The position numbers and the translations under genes are program-made. The notes beneath the pieces are model-generated. The model had not been told where the DNA came from, made no database searches, and saw only the letters and a program-made list of their open reading frames with translations. A DNA stretch of 64,000 nucleotides from Stegostoma tigrinum (taxonomy: Eukaryota), in assembly GCF_030684315.1 (NCBI RefSeq), contig NC_081355.1, positions 122,218,674-122,282,673 on the forward strand. The letters are read 5' to 3'. Below, in pieces: positions 37,420-50,819 of the stretch (position 1 is its first letter; the number at the start of each line of letters is the position of its first letter).

Positions 37420-37925
37420 ATTTTGTTGAATCATGGCGCAATTCAACTATGAAGAGAGATTAAACAGTCTCGGTTGTTTGCTTGAAAACAGAGATGTCTG
37501 ACGGGCCCGAAACGTCAGCTTTTGTGCTCCTGAGATGCTGCTTGGCCTGCTGTGTTCATCCAGCTCCACACTTTGTTATCTTATGTCTGATGGGTGTCTG
37601 ATTGAGATACACAAAGTCTGAGGGGCATAGGGTAGATAGAGAGAAACCTTTCCCCTTCATAAAAGGGTCAATAACCGAGAGCACAGTTTTACGATAAGGA
37701 GCAGGCAGTTTAGAGGGAAGTTGAGGTTTGTGTGTATCTGAAACTCAATGCCTGAAGGGGTGGTAGAGATGGGAACACTCAGAATACTTACTAATCATTT
37801 AGATGAGCACTTGAAACACCATTGCACATAAGGTTATGGATCAGGTTCTGTAAAATGGGAGTAGAATAGATGATGTTTAATGACCAGCATGGATATAATA
37901 GGCTGAAGGGCCTCTTTCCCTTCAG
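37420..37925 (+). mobile_element. CR1 3' fragment with nested family-A mini-insertion (about 37502-37582)
   Basis: CR1 tail sequence; the insertion is flanked by atgtctga at 37494-37501 and 37583-37590. Confidence 0.75.
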
Positions 37926-38421
37926 AGAACGTGTTCATTCCTGACAATGTATATAAGAAGTTCTCTTGATGATATCAATATCATGATAATAATGATGCAA
38001 TTTGAGAGTTGAACTAAAGGTTAGATCCCCTTCGAGTTGAAATGATTATAGTTAGGATAGTGTATATAAACAATTGTGTTTATAAGGATCTGAGAGCCTA
38101 ACCATATCTCAATTTAGAGTAAGATCCCACAAATATCATTTAGAACATTTGCTCACAACAAGATCTCCAAAAGTTTCCTTATACTTTAAATATTTTAATT
38201 GTAAAATTTTACATTATCTCTACTCCCCAACCTAATTAGGAAGGCAGACTAAAATAACAGAAAATTCATTCACACGTAGACAATTTATACACTTGAACAT
38301 CAAAATATAACTGACGTACAGGTTATTAGATATATTGCCTTAACTATGCTACTACACTTAAGCTAACTTTAACAATTAACTATCCTTGCAGTTATTCTAA
38401 TGGATGTTGCATTGATAGCAT

Positions 38422-38658
38422 GAGAGATAACAATGTGTGGAGCTGGTTGAACACAGCAGCCCAAGCAGCATCTTAGGAGCACAAAAGCTGACATTTCAGG
38501 CCTAGACCCTTCATCAGAAAAAGCTTTTTCTGATAAAGGGTCTAGGCCCGAAATGTCAGCTTTTGTGCTCCCAGGAGGCTGCTTGGCCTGTTGTGTTCAA
38601 CCAGCTCCACAAATTGTTATCTCAGATTCTACAGTATCTGCAGTTCTCATTATCTCTG
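38422..38658. mobile_element. Palindromic (head-to-head) family-A Penelope mini-element
   Basis: Perfect centre tcagaaaaagctttttctga; TSD gcattgatagcat at 38409-38421 and 38662-38674. Confidence 0.9.
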
Positions 38659-40089
38659 ATAGCATTGATAGCATTGTGTTCTTTTTTTAATTGGAAATGC
38701 ATTCATTTTCATTTGTTAGAGTTTAGCATGCTAAAACTCACTTAAATTAACATGGTAAACAGAAATGCCACAGATGCTGAGAACCTTTTGTAGAGGTAAA
38801 TATATTTGAAATGTAAGTCACTTCACTTTTTTTTAGCTTTTTACTTTTACCTCCAAAGTATAGCGAGATAGCACATTGCAACAGAGTTCATTCATTCAAA
38901 TTAAAACCCCATCTAGCCAGAAAGCAACAGGAGAACATGAAAGCTTTTAGTTAATATTAGCACAGCATAAAATATTATCTTTCATAGTTTAGTTCAACTT
39001 TCATGCTAGAATGTACACATTTATAGATAGTCTTGACAACAGTCAGTATCCTGTTTGTTGATCATGTTTTTGGATGTGATTTTACATTCTGTGTGTTGTT
39101 TTCATTGTGAGTGACAACACATCTGTGATTCTTTTATCAGTTGCTTCTAAAAATATCTTCTTAAGGCAAGGTCAAGGATAATTTACTCCTAGCAGCCAAG
39201 GCTGGAGTGTTTTAGATATTGAAGAACACTGTGGCCGTCAACACATAAAGTCTATTGCAGATTGTTAGAGCTTTCAGGCTCACAATGCCTCTGCAGTTTT
39301 AGATTTAATGCAGAACAACAACTGAACATGAGGATATTTTTTTATTCCATAACTTGTCATCTATTTGTATGTTTAGATATTTTAATATCTAGCTTTGTAT
39401 AACATTACTGATTAACTGATCAGCACAGTATGCTATGTACCAGTTTTACAGATCATGTAATCGTGCATTGACAAAAGTTATTCTTAATGTCTGGCTCCCA
39501 TTGATGACTTGCCACAATGCCTGTCTCTCCATTAGACTAATTACAAGTTTAAATATTTCAGTAAATTGTATAATATTAGATTACCACTTGGCTCAAATGA
39601 TGCATAATTTAATAAGTTCCGATCAGACCCATCATTGGCATCTCTAAATAACACGGGAATGTTTTGACTATAGCAAAGTATTTTGAGAACGAATAGCTCA
39701 TGCGGTTAATATGAAGATCTGCACAAACTGTGAGTTTCGTGTACTATAGCATCTTCTCCAGAGTCAGTCTTTAAATCCATGTATTCCTGCACTCAAAGAA
39801 GTTCATCAATGTTTGAGATAGCTTTTTAAAAACATTGTATGAAATCTATGCAGCAGGATTGTGTATTCTAGCCATTTAATGATACCAAATCAGTTTATAG
39901 TTAATATCATCTCTACTGATGCAGTTAAGACTTCCATCATAGGTTGTTGAGCATTTGTTTAGTTGATATGCATTTGTTACGATTATAATCTAGTCTGATT
40001 CATGATTAAGCCCAAGTCTGTTCAAATGAGGTGTTCAGCTCCACGCTGACTGCTTCACCAGTCACTTTTTTGCGAGATAGAAAAGTATT

Positions 40090-40256
40090 CTCTCTCTCTC
40101 TCTGGGCAATGTGTCACCCTCAGTCACCAGCTATCCATTCCACCCTTCCCCAGCTATCTTCAATTTTGATGAATGATTGCTGGACTCGAAATGTTAACTC
40201 TCCTCTCTCTACAGATGTTGCCAGACCTGCCTAGTTTCTCCAGCATTTTCTGTTTG
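40090..40256 (+). mobile_element. Decayed family-B-like Penelope terminus
   Basis: ggactcgaaatgttaactc...acagatgttgccagacctgc; TSD-like tag(a/g)aaagtatt at 40078-40089 and 40257-40268. Confidence 0.6.
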
Positions 40257-40946
40257 TAGGAAAGTATTTAAGTAATGCTAAAGGCCTATTGAAACCTCTA
40301 TAATTAAGTAAAATAAATTGGTAGAGCAGCAGGTACAGTGCATGCATAAATTTATTTATTGTTTTTCTGAAATTATTTGACCACGTTAATTTGGGATGTG
40401 CATTTAAAGCTATATGTAGGGTAATACCATGGAAGAATCTTAATGCATTTGTTTAAAAGTGTGATTTTGAAATATTTCCCTCTGCAAAGTTAATTTCAAA
40501 TTCACTTTAGTGGTGTTTATAGCTTCAGCTGCCACCATTTTTGATAAGGAGCAAAGATCGACTCTGATGCCACATGGCATCCTGGTTATAGCTTTATTTG
40601 GTTTCAGTAATGTAAGCAGATAAAACTGTGAAGTTTGGGTTTTGGTGAGAGTTATGCAAAACCAGACAATGCTAGAAATTCCCAATGGGTCAGATGGTAT
40701 ATGTAAAGGGAAGAGTCAACATTCTGGAAGCATTTCTGGCCCCTAACGCCAAGGACAGCAAGCTCCCACTAGGGTCCTTGGTCCCATCCATTAGGCACTG
40801 ATGCAAACCCTGTTCCAGACCCTACGTGAAGCTAACCTACGCCAACGCAGGCAGCTTGCAGAATTTTTACGGGATCTGTTTTGCACAAAGAGAGCATTCA
40901 GCCAGAAGTAAATGCATGGTTGATTCATCACATGTCACAGCACAGG

Positions 40947-41820
40947 AATAATGGGAACTGCAGATGCTGGCGAATCCGAGATGACGAAGTGTGGAGCTAG
41001 ATGAACACAGCAGGCCAAGCAGCATCTTAGGAGCACAAAAGCTGATGTTTTGGGCCTTCATCAGAAAAGGGGGAGGGGGAGAGGATTCTGAAATAAATAC
41101 AGAGACAGGGGGAGGTGGATAGAAGATGGATAGAGGAGAAGATAGATGGAGAGGAGACAGACATGTTAAAGGGTCGGGGATGGAGCCTGTAGAGGTGAGT
41201 GTAGGTGGGGAGGTAGGGAGGGGATAGATGAGTTCCGGGAGGACGGACAGGCCAAGGGGGCGGGATGAGGTTAGTAGGTAGGAAGTGGAGGTGCAGCTAC
41301 AGGTGGGAGGAGGGGATAGGTGAGAGAAAGAGCAGGTTAGGGAGGTGGGGACGACTGGGCTGGTTTTGGGATGCAATAGGGAGAGGGGAGATTTTGAAGC
41401 TTGTGAAATCCACATTGATACCAATGGGCTGCAGGGTTCCCAAGCGGAATATGAGTTGCTGTTCCTGCAACCTTCGGGTGGCATTGTTATGGCACTGCAG
41501 GAGGCCCCGGGTGGACATGTTGTCTAAGGAATGGGAGGGGGAGTTGAAATGGTTCACGACCGGGAGGTGCAGTAGTTTATTGCGAACCGAGCGTAGGTGC
41601 TCTGCAAAGCGGTCCCCAAGCCTCCGCTTGGTTTCCCTGATGTAGAGGAAGCAACACTGGGTGCAGCAGATGCAGTATACCACATTGGCAGATGTGCAGG
41701 TGAGCATCTGCTTGATGCGGAAAGTCATCTTGGGGCCTGGGATGGGGCTGAGGGGGGAGGTGTGGGGGCAAGTGTAGCACTTCCTGCGGTTGCAGGGGAA
41801 GGTGCCGGGTGTGGTGGGGC
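40947..41820 (-). mobile_element. Penelope-like element 3' part with a largely readable GIY-YIG domain
   Basis: ORF 41297..41866(-): GTFPCNRRKCYTCP...CTSANVVYCICCTQCCFLYIRETKRRLGDRFAEHLRSVRN...GTLQPIGINVDF. Confidence 0.92.
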
Positions 41821-42027
41821 CAGTTTTGTACAACACTAGCTCCACCTGAAGCTTAACCTTCACCACCCAAAGCTAGTCTGCACGTGTTAAAGAGGCATTA
41901 CACTCTGGCTAGCACAGGCACTTCTACAAGTTGTAGAAGAAAATACAAGGAAGAAATGTGCTGACTATGGCACCACATGTAAGGGGCCATGGTTAAAGTT
42001 TCTCTGATGTTGGGCTGCATGCTACAG

Positions 42028-42636
42028 AATATAAAAGCAGTGATGTGCTTCTGAGGCTTTATAAAGCTCTAGTTAGCTCCCATTTAGAATACTGTGCCCA
42101 ATTTTGGGCCCCACACCTCAGGAAGGACATACTAGCCCTGGAGCGTGTCCAGCGGAGATTCACACAGATGATCCCTGGAATGGTAGGTTTAACGTATGAT
42201 GAACGGCTAAGGATCCTGGGATTGTACTCATTAGAGGTTAGAAGGTTGAGGGGAGATCTAATAGAAACTCACAAGATAATGTATGGTTTAGAAGGGGTGG
42301 ACGCTGAGAAGTTGTTTCCTTTAGGCGGGGAGACTAGGACCCGTGGGCACAGCCTTAAAATTAGAGGTATTAAATTTAAAATGGAAATGAGACAACATTT
42401 CTTCAGTCAGAGAGTGGTGGGCTTGTGGAATTCATTGCAACAGAGCGCAGTGGAGGCCGGGATGTTGGATGCCTTCAAGGCAGAGATCGACAAATTCTTG
42501 ATCTCAGAAGGAATCAAGGGCTACGGGGAGAGTGCAGGGAAGTGGAGTTGAAATGCCCGTCAGCCATGATTTAAATGGCAGAGTGGACCTGATGGGCCAA
42601 ATGGCCTTACTTCCACTCCTATGTCTTATGGTCTTA
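42028..42636 (+). mobile_element. Young CR1 3' fragment with uninterrupted ORF2 C-terminus and (tatggtct)-type tail
   Basis: ORF 42045..42551: LRLYKALVSSHLEYCAQFWAPHLRKDILALERVQRRFT...GIKGYGESAGKWS. Confidence 0.95.
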
Positions 42637-42639
42637 ACA

Positions 42640-43560
42640 TGAGGTGCAGAGGAGGAGAGAGGACTACAAAGAACCATAGAGTTCTCCAGGCAAACTCTAC
42701 CAAATTTGTGGAACAGCCTGAGAACCTGGATACAGTTCTGCAAATTCAATAATCTCAAACAACGTCAAGGTCAATGAATTCATGTTCTAATGATGCAATC
42801 TTATAAGCTGCTCACATCACAGTAGCACTACTAGGCTCACGTCCTTCTCAGTGCAGTACACCTTCACCACCCAACCACCAATAATTTCTGTTAATGACCA
42901 CACATGAAATACTTTCATAGCTTCAGTTCAGCTTCACACACTTAACACTGCTCATCTCACAGCCAGCACTCACCGCCAGCTATTCAATCATGTCAGCCAA
43001 AGACATTGCACTCAAAACTCATACACTCTGTTCTTGCAGGGCAATTCGAAACAAAGCCAGATGCAATAGCACTGAAACACCAGAGAACAGACAATTCTGT
43101 ATGCCCCAACCTCATGGAGGAGACAGTGCTCACCGTTATTGGAACAGCCGTACCTAAGGTGTGTCCCACCAAGCAGCTGAAACTAAAGATGACAATTTCC
43201 CCTTAATTAAGCTTATATCTCATATTCCACTTCCTCCTCATCCCACACCTTTCTGATTTACAAGCCACATCCCTTGTTTCCCCTCCTCTCTCAGCCCTTT
43301 GTACCTTAGTGCATCCTGACATTGAAGAAGTGCCACCTGGCGAAACTTTGGAGAAAGAGGTTGATATGCAGGGTGACAGTGATCTTGACACATGGGGATG
43401 ATTCTTTATGTACTGTTGCGGCAAGTACTGAGAAATGTGGGCACGGAGTTTCCTGCGAACTCTGCTGTGCTCGCTTGCCAGGTCTATCCAACCCCTGCTC
43501 CGTTTTGCTAAGTGAAAGACAGCATGAAAAGCAAATTGGATGTAGTGGATAGACATTGGA
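42640..43560 (+). pseudogene. Decayed Harbinger Myb/SANT-like gene relic
   Basis: EVQRRRE...RTWIQFCKFNNL, then LMEETVLTVIG. Confidence 0.5.
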
Positions 43561-43734
43561 AAACATTCAAAGGGTGAATGGATGAACGACAAAAATTGTT
43601 TATTCATGTCTGGTGCAAGAGTGCATAGAGGACAGTGGCCAAACCAAGGCTGATAACAGAAGCTACAGATAGTACTAAGTGCAAGTGTACAAATTATCAA
43701 ACAAAACAATACATCGGAGGATTGTTTGAACATT

Positions 43735-44750
43735 AGGTGAAAAATGGCAGATGGAGTTTAATCTGGACCTGTGTGAGGTGATAAGTTTTAGGAGACCAAA
43801 TGCAACAGTAAATTATACAGTAAATGGCAGGATCCTCAGGACTACTAATATTCAGATGAAGATAGCAAAGTGTAGGGCTGGATGAACACAGCAGGCCAAG
43901 CAGCATCAGAGGAGCAGGAAAGCCGACGTTTCAGGCCTAGACTCGGGTCTAGGTCCGAAACATCAGCCTTCCTGCTCCTCTGATGCTGCTTGGCCTGCTG
44001 TGTTCAACTAGCTCTATGCCTTATCATCTCAGATTCTCCAGCATCTGCAGTTCCTACTGTCTCTGATATTCAGACCAGTCTTGGGATGCAAGTCCATAAC
44101 TCCCCTGAAAGTGGCAACACAACTGGGTAAGGCATGCGTGCCTTTATAGGTCAGGGCATAGAGGAGAAAGGTTGGCAAGTCGTGTTGCTGCTTTGGTCTG
44201 GCCACATTTGGAGTAGTTAGTACAGTTCCAGTCTAGACTAGCTGTAGTTGCTCTAGGATGAACAGGGTTTGGAGAAGCTGTAAAAGAGGTTTACCCAAAT
44301 ATGCCTGGATTGAAGTGTATAAGCTATAGAGAGAGGTTGGACAAACTTGGATTGTTTTTGTTAGAGTGTCAAATGCTGAGGGATGATCAGATGGAAGTAA
44401 ATAAAATTATGAGTGGCACGGATAGGGTGGATAGTTGGAGTCATTTTCCCAGGATGAAAGTTTCAAATACGAAAGGGCATGGGTTTAAGATGATGGGGGG
44501 AGCATTTACAGGAGATGTATGAGGCAAAACTTTGTTTCACACATGGAATGTGCTTCTAGGAGAGGTGGTAGAAGCAGATACGATAGCAACTTTGAAGAGG
44601 CATTTAAATAACACATGAACAGTTAGGGAATTAAGTTTTACTGACCATATGCAGGCTAATGGGATTAGTTTGGAGTGGCATCATAGCCGTCACACATATG
44701 GTGGGCAGGTGGGCAGGTGGGCCTGTTGCTGTGTTGTACAGTTCTATGTC
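43735..44750 (+). mobile_element. CR1/HER1 fragment
   Basis: tggcagatggagtttaat; MPGLKCISYRERLDKLGLFLLE. Confidence 0.85.
43857..44065. mobile_element. Palindromic family-A mini-element nested in CR1
   Basis: Inversion centre lies inside hammerhead stem II (ggcctagactcgggtctaggtcc); TSD atattcaga at 43848-43856 and 44066-44074. Confidence 0.9.
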
Positions 44751-45184
44751 AACAGTTTAGAAGTCAGCAAAGGAGGGCCTGTGGTAAATAGAGTATGAAT
44801 GTAAGCTTGCTGGGAACATTAAATCTGACAGTAAGCATTTCTGTAGGCATCTAAAATGAAAAGAAATGTTGGAACAAAGTAATGTAGGTCCCTTGCAGTC
44901 AGAAACAGAAGAATTTGTAATAGGGAACAGAGAAATGGCTGATGAACTACATTCATACTTTCATTTGTCTTCACAAAGGAAGATATAGGGCTTCCTGAGA
45001 AGAAAGAATAGGACAACTGTATATTAGTAGGAAATGGAGTTGGAGAAATTGAAGGGATTAAAGGCAGATAAATCCCTGGGTGTCAGTCACCTACATCTCA
45101 GAGTGCTTAAGGAAGTGGTCCTAGAAATAGCAGATGCATCGGTGGAGTGACATTGACTACAGGAGTACCGCAGGAATTTTGTTT

Positions 45185-45530
45185 TTCCTTTATTCATTAA
45201 AGGGATCAGGGCGTCTCAGGCTAGGCAGCATTTATTGCCTAAAGGGTGGTTAAGAGTCAACCATAATGCTGTGTGTCCTGAGTCACATGTAGGCCAGACC
45301 AGGTAAGGATGGCAGCTTCCTTTCCTAAAGGACATTAGTGAACCAGATGGGTTTTTCCCGAGAATCAGTAATGGATTCATGGTCATCGTTAGATTCTTAA
45401 TTCCAGATACTTTATTAAAGTCAAATTCCACCATCTGCTGTGGCAGGATTCGAACATGGGTCCCCAGAAAGTTACCAGGGTCTCTGGATTATCAGTCCAG
45501 TGGTAATACCACTAGGCCATTGCCTCCCCT
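45185..45530 (-). mobile_element. tRNA-derived SINE (second family)
   Basis: Reverse complement ggggaggcaatggcctagtggtattaccactggactgataatccagagaccc...catgttcgaatcc, with A and B boxes. Confidence 0.85.
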
Positions 45531-46196
45531 AATAATTGGTATTAGGATCCCAGCTATCTACAATATGTTAACGATTTAGATGAGGGAACTAAATGTAATA
45601 TCTCTTTTTGCAAATGACAGAAAGCTTGTTGGAAAAGTAGGCTGTGAGGAGGATGCAGAGATGACGCAGTGTGACTCAGACAGGCTGAACAAGTGGGCAA
45701 ATGTACAATAGATGCAGTATAATGTGGATAAATGTGAGACTTTTGACTTTGATAGTCAAACTAGGAAGGAAGATTATTATCTGATTGGCTGCAAATTGAG
45801 ACAGGGGGTGTTCAATGAGACCTGGCTGTCCTCAAGCTCTAATCTCTGAGAATAAGTGTACAGGTTCAGCAGTCAGTAAAAGAAGAAATCTGGATGTTAG
45901 CCTTTATAATAAGAGGATTCAAGTGCAGAAACAAGAATGTCTTGCTGCAATTACGCAGGGCATTTGTGGGAGCACACCTGGAATATTGCATGGTCTCCTT
46001 ATCTGAGGAAGGATGTTCTTGCTGGAGAAGGACTGTAGCGAAGGTTTACCAAATTGGTTCCTGGGATGCAGGACTGAGAGGAGAATTTGAGTCTGGTAGG
46101 ATTAAATTCACTTGAGTTGACAAGAATCAGGGAGATCTCATAGAAACCTACCAAATTCTAACAGGAATAAACAGGAAATTGCAGGAAGGATATTCC

Positions 46197-46386
46197 TAAC
46201 AACACAAACAAAAACAAAGTTGCTGGAAAAGCTCAGCAGGTCAGAACTTCTGCGGAGGCGTCACCGGACCCGAAATGTTAACTTTGTTTTCTCCTCCACA
46301 GATGCTGCCAGACCTGCTGAGCTTTTCCAGCAACTTTTGTTTTTGTTCCTGATGTTCAGCATCTGCAGTTATTTTGATTTTTATTT
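46197..46386. mobile_element. Partially palindromic family-B mini-element
   Basis: aacaaaaacaaagttgctggaaaagctcagcaggtc...gacctgctgagcttttccagcaacttttgtttttgtt; TSD aggatattcc at 46187-46196 and 46387-46396. Confidence 0.88.
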
Positions 46387-46944
46387 AGGATATTCCCAAT
46401 GATGGTTATGTCCAGAACCAGGAATCATCGTTTAAGGATAAGGGGTAAACCTGCTGGGATAGAGATGAGGAAAAATTTCTTTACCCAGAGAGTGGTTAGC
46501 CCGTTGAATTCACATCACAGAAAATGGTTGAGGCCAAATCACCTGGTGTTTAAGAAGAAGCTATAGTTCCTATGGCTAACAGGATCAAGGCATATGCGGA
46601 GGTAGGTTTTATGGTGGGGAGGGTTGGGATGGCCAGGACAGGTTTGGGGTATTGAGCTTGGTGATCAGCCACAATCATATTGATTAGCAGAGCAGGCTGA
46701 ACAGGTCAAATGGACCACACTTGCTCCGATCTCCTATGCTTCTATGAAATGGAAAGACAACCCACCAACATACGCACCTTTGTTACATTATACTGGTTGA
46801 AAACCAATTAAAATTTATTGTAAGATGCCACCTGGAATAAGTCAGTCTGCCTCTGGGTTTCCCAAGGTACCAAGGAACAGGCTTGATACCTGCACAGCAG
46901 CAGTTCAAGTTGCCAATGCTCCAAGCAGGCAGTGGTATTTTCCA

Positions 46945-47077
46945 GTGATAACGGGAACTGCAGATGCGGGAGAATCCAAGATAATGAAATGTGAGGCTGG
47001 ATGAACACAGCAGGCCCAGCAGCATCTCAGGAGCACAAAAGCTGACGTTTCGGGCCTAGACCCTTCATCAGAGAGGC
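46945..47077 (-). mobile_element. Family-A mini-insertion with intact hammerhead core (47044-47071)
   Basis: 15-bp TSD cagtggtattttcca at 46930-46944 and 47078-47092; CUGAUGAAGGGUCUAGGCCCGAAACGUC. Confidence 0.9.
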
Positions 47078-47819
47078 CAGTGGTATTTTCCATGTCTGCC
47101 TGACCTCAGCTGTGACTGCAGCCTATCATGTTTTCCCACAAGATGTTAGGCCAGCTGCACAGGGGACTTATTAATGCAAATGTTAAAATTTGGTAAGAGG
47201 AGAATCCAGATTAAGTTGCCCTGTCTTGCTCTTAGCTAGAAACGACAGCCTCTTTAATGCTGCAGATTTGATACTCTAGCTTTAAGAACTACCACACTGT
47301 CCTTAATTAAATAGTAAGCCTGTCCACTGGATACCAGTTGGCTAAATTGTGGATAAAGCGCACTGCTGAGCAACTGCTTCCCACACTGAGCATGCATCTG
47401 ACCCTCATTTGACCCTAAGACTGGGGACTAAATGCTGGAATTTGTTTCAAAGAAAATTTTAACTTGTAAGTACAAATCTAATGTTGTTTATCATTATCAT
47501 CTAACTGAAATCTAGTTTTAATTCTCAAGTTCCCAGCCATGAGCAGGGTTTTGATAAGGACTCCATTGGAAGAGCAGTTCAGCTTGTTAATTAAACAAGT
47601 TTCTGAAACCTGTTCCACTGTAACTGTGATAGGCCATTTGTGTTAAGAGGTTATAAAATTGGCCAATTAGTATGAATTATCACTCCTATTTAAAGTAGAG
47701 TGATGGATTTAGATGATTAAAGGAGATGGGGAAGAAGGAGATAAAAGAAGCTTCCTTTTAAATCCCTGCACCTTTTTAAGTTTCAACAAAAAAAATCCCT
47801 GTTCTGCCAGATGAGAAGC

Positions 47820-47950
47820 TAATTAAAAACCAAAAGAACTGTGGACGCTGTAAACCAGGAACACAAACAGAAGTTGATGGAAAAGCTCAGCAGGTCTGGC
47901 AGCATCTGTGAAGGAAAAATAAAATCACTGTTAATATTTTAGGCCCGGTG
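47820..47950 (-). mobile_element. Family-B terminus
   Basis: aaaaccaaaagaactgtggacgctgtaaaccaggaac...aaaagctcagcaggtctggcagcatctgtg. Confidence 0.75.
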
Positions 47951-47972
47951 TTAAGTCAGGGTTTGATCTAAG

Positions 47973-48080
47973 TTTGATCATCCTTTTCTGATGAAGGGTC
48001 TAGGCCTGAAATGTCAGCTTTTGTGCTCCTAAGATGCTGCTTGGCCTGTTGTGTTCATCCAGCCCCACACTTTGCTATCG
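47973..48080 (+). mobile_element. Family-A mini-insertion
   Basis: ctgatgaagggtctaggcctgaaatgtc at 47988-48015; TSD ttgatctaag at 47963-47972 and 48081-48090. Confidence 0.85.
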
Positions 48081-49597
48081 TTGATCTAAGAGATCAGTTC
48101 AGAGGGAGATAGGTTGGATTTGGTGAGGGGTGAGGGCAGAGAAATTGAGGTGAACAATGTCACGTTGACAGTTCTCAACGAATAGATCGAATGCAGGTAA
48201 AAGGCTGGAGCTAATTGTTTGCTGAGTATCTGGTAGGTAACAAATGTTTATTCTCTTCCTGAGGAGGAAAATAGTTTAAAAACTGGTCCTAGGGCTATTA
48301 TAACAGTTAAAAATCAAACAAAATGATTAAGTAGTTAATGAAAACACATTCAAAATAGTAGGATAGATGATGTGGGATGTTTTGGATTCCATACTGGTTG
48401 AGGACAAATTCATCTGGATCAAATAATGAAATTTACGTTGCTCTGATTCAAAGAGTATGAGCTGGAGGCTGTACTACAGCCTTTGTAATACTTGAATAGG
48501 AGAAATGTTACCTGATATTATTTTTGCACCAAAAGGCAGTCGTAACTCAGGACCTTGGGGACAGGAAGGTGTCACCACCTTCCACCACCAGTGAGGCAGG
48601 TAATGAAGCCAGGAACAGAGCAGCTTCAGCCTTTGCAATTGTTTAATAGGTTTGAGGTTCTTTTCATGAATAGGTGAAAGTGGGTCTGCAGTAGATGAGA
48701 CACATAACCATGAGATCGTGGTGCTGAAATCCGTTCAAATAGAAGCAGGAAGAAATGAAATGGTAACAAGGGGACAGTATAGCCAAAGGATTGAGAAGAG
48801 GGCAAGTCCAGATGGCTGTGTTAGCTGCCTGATGCCACAGTTCCGGTCATCTGCTCAGGCTGAAGAAGAACTCATGGGAGTGTGGAGGAGAACCCACTTG
48901 TCACGGTCCTTATGGGTATGAACAATCAAGGCATGCCAAAGAAGGAAAATTCTGCATAATCAATTTGACAAGCAAGCAAAACCTCAAAGTACATAATCTC
49001 TGAATATTGCTGGAGCTACATGAAAATTGGCATGAGGCAAACCAGATTAAAGAAATGAATGCGTTGCCTCAAGGATTGGTGTGGGACAATCAGATTCTAA
49101 TTCATGCTGCACTGGTATCAGTAATGGGAAGAGTGGGATCTTTACAGATGAGATGATCTCCACCTGAACAATTTTGGGACTGAGATTTTTTTTTGTCAGC
49201 TGCATTACTAGGGAGCTAGGGAGAATATTCAAATAAATAGTGGGATCAAGAGAGCAAATTTGGGATGATGTTGTAAATCAAAGAGCATAGGCAAAGCAAA
49301 AGAGTGAGTTATCAATGTGGAAAATGATGAACAGACAGTGATAGGTAGGGATAGAGAATACAAATCTACAAATAAACTAACAGATAAGACCAGAAGTAGC
49401 AAAAATAATAAAACACAAAATCTGAAGACTGTGTATCTGAAAGCACATAACGTTTGAAATAAAACCAGTGAACTAAGAAAGAAATAATTAAGTATGACTT
49501 GGTAGTCATTAGACTATAAGTCCATAAAAGACAAGAGCAGAAATGAGTCATTTGATGCATCCAGTCCACTCTGCCATTCAATGAGATCATTAACCCT

Positions 49598-49915
49598 TGG
49601 GGAGGCAATAGCCTAGTGGTTTTATCACTGGGCTATTAATCCAACAATTCAAGCAATGTTGTGGGTACCTGGGATTGAATTGCACCATGGTAAATGATGG
49701 AATTCTAATTCAATAAAAAAAACAGAAGAAATCTGGAATTAAAGGTGTGATGATGTCTATGAATCGATTACTGTTAGGAAATTCCCACCCTCACCTGGTC
49801 TGGTCTACATGTTACTCCAGATCTACAACAATATGGTTGACTCTTAACTGCCCTCTGGGCAATTAGGGATAGGCAATAAATGCTGCGAGTCCCTTATTCC
49901 ATTAATGAATCTCAA
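49598..49915 (+). mobile_element. Second-family SINE nested in a minus-strand CR1 tail (about 49515-50070)
   Basis: ggggaggcaatagcctagtggttttatcactgggcta...ggttgactcttaactgccctctgggcaattaggg. Confidence 0.8.
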
Positions 49916-50089
49916 AAAAACTCAATTTTCCTGTTTTTTCCCTATAACTCTTGATTCTCCTACTGATTAAAAATCGATCCGAGTCTTGAATATGCTTAAC
50001 AACTCAGCCTTGAAAGCAATGATTGTCACAGATTCACTAGAAGACAAGAAATTCCTACTCTGTCTGTCTTAAATGGAGAGATTTACCAC

Positions 50090-50760
50090 CCTTACAGGAA
50101 ACCATTTTCAGTTTTCCACCAAGCTCTGGGTGAATAGGTCGATCCTCATATTTCCACTGAGCCTCCTGCCCATTATTTTAAACCTAAGTCCCCAGACATT
50201 AAGCTCTCCATCAATGATAAAAATTACTTGCTGTCTGCCCTATCTACACCCCCCCCCCATAATTTTATATATCTCAATTGTATCCCCTCTACTGCTGGAG
50301 GGAAAACAACCTCAGTATGTCCAACAGAGGTATAACTTCATAACTAGAAGTCTCCAGCACAGGCAACAATCTGGTAAATCTCCTCTGCGCCATCTCCAGT
50401 ACTATCATGTCCCTTTTATAGTGTGGATTCCAGAACCGCACACAGTACTCTCGCTGTGGCCTAACTAATGGTTCATACATTTCAAGCATAACCTCCTAGC
50501 TCTTAATCTCTGTTCTTCAACTAATAAAGGCAAGCATGCCATATGCCTCCTTAACCACTTTATCCACCTGTCCTGATGCCTTGATGGACCAATATATATG
50601 CACAGCAAGGCCCCGCTAATCCTCAGTGTTTTCCAGGGTCCTACCATTCATGATGTATTCCCTTGCTTTGTTTGTCCTTCCCAACAACATCATCTCATAT
50701 TTATCCAGATTGGAATTTCTTTTGCCACTGATCAACCCATCCCTATCTTCGTGTAGCCTA
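50090..50760 (-). mobile_element. CR1 3' fragment
   Basis: MYEPLVRPQREYCVRFWNPHYKRDMIVLEMAQRRFTRLLP. Confidence 0.85.
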
Positions 50761-50819
50761 AGGTTCCATTGGTCCTAGAGAAAGGTAGTTGAACAGATAT
50801 TTTGCATTGATTGTCACTA

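Larger units (their letters stand above)
44760..46745 (+). mobile_element. Old CR1 ORF2 fragments carrying nested insertions
   Basis: MLAFIIRGFKCRNKNVLLQL...HLEYC; CR1 tail ending ctcctatgcttctatg. Confidence 0.8.

Noticed and set aside
38422-38658. Classical DNA-transposon MITE or miRNA gene
   Set aside because: The arms match the 3' end of a GIY-YIG Penelope, the ends are asymmetric and TSD length varies between copies
43203-43733. 176-aa minus-strand ORF as a gene
   Set aside because: No recognisable domain; largely antisense to a Harbinger-like relic
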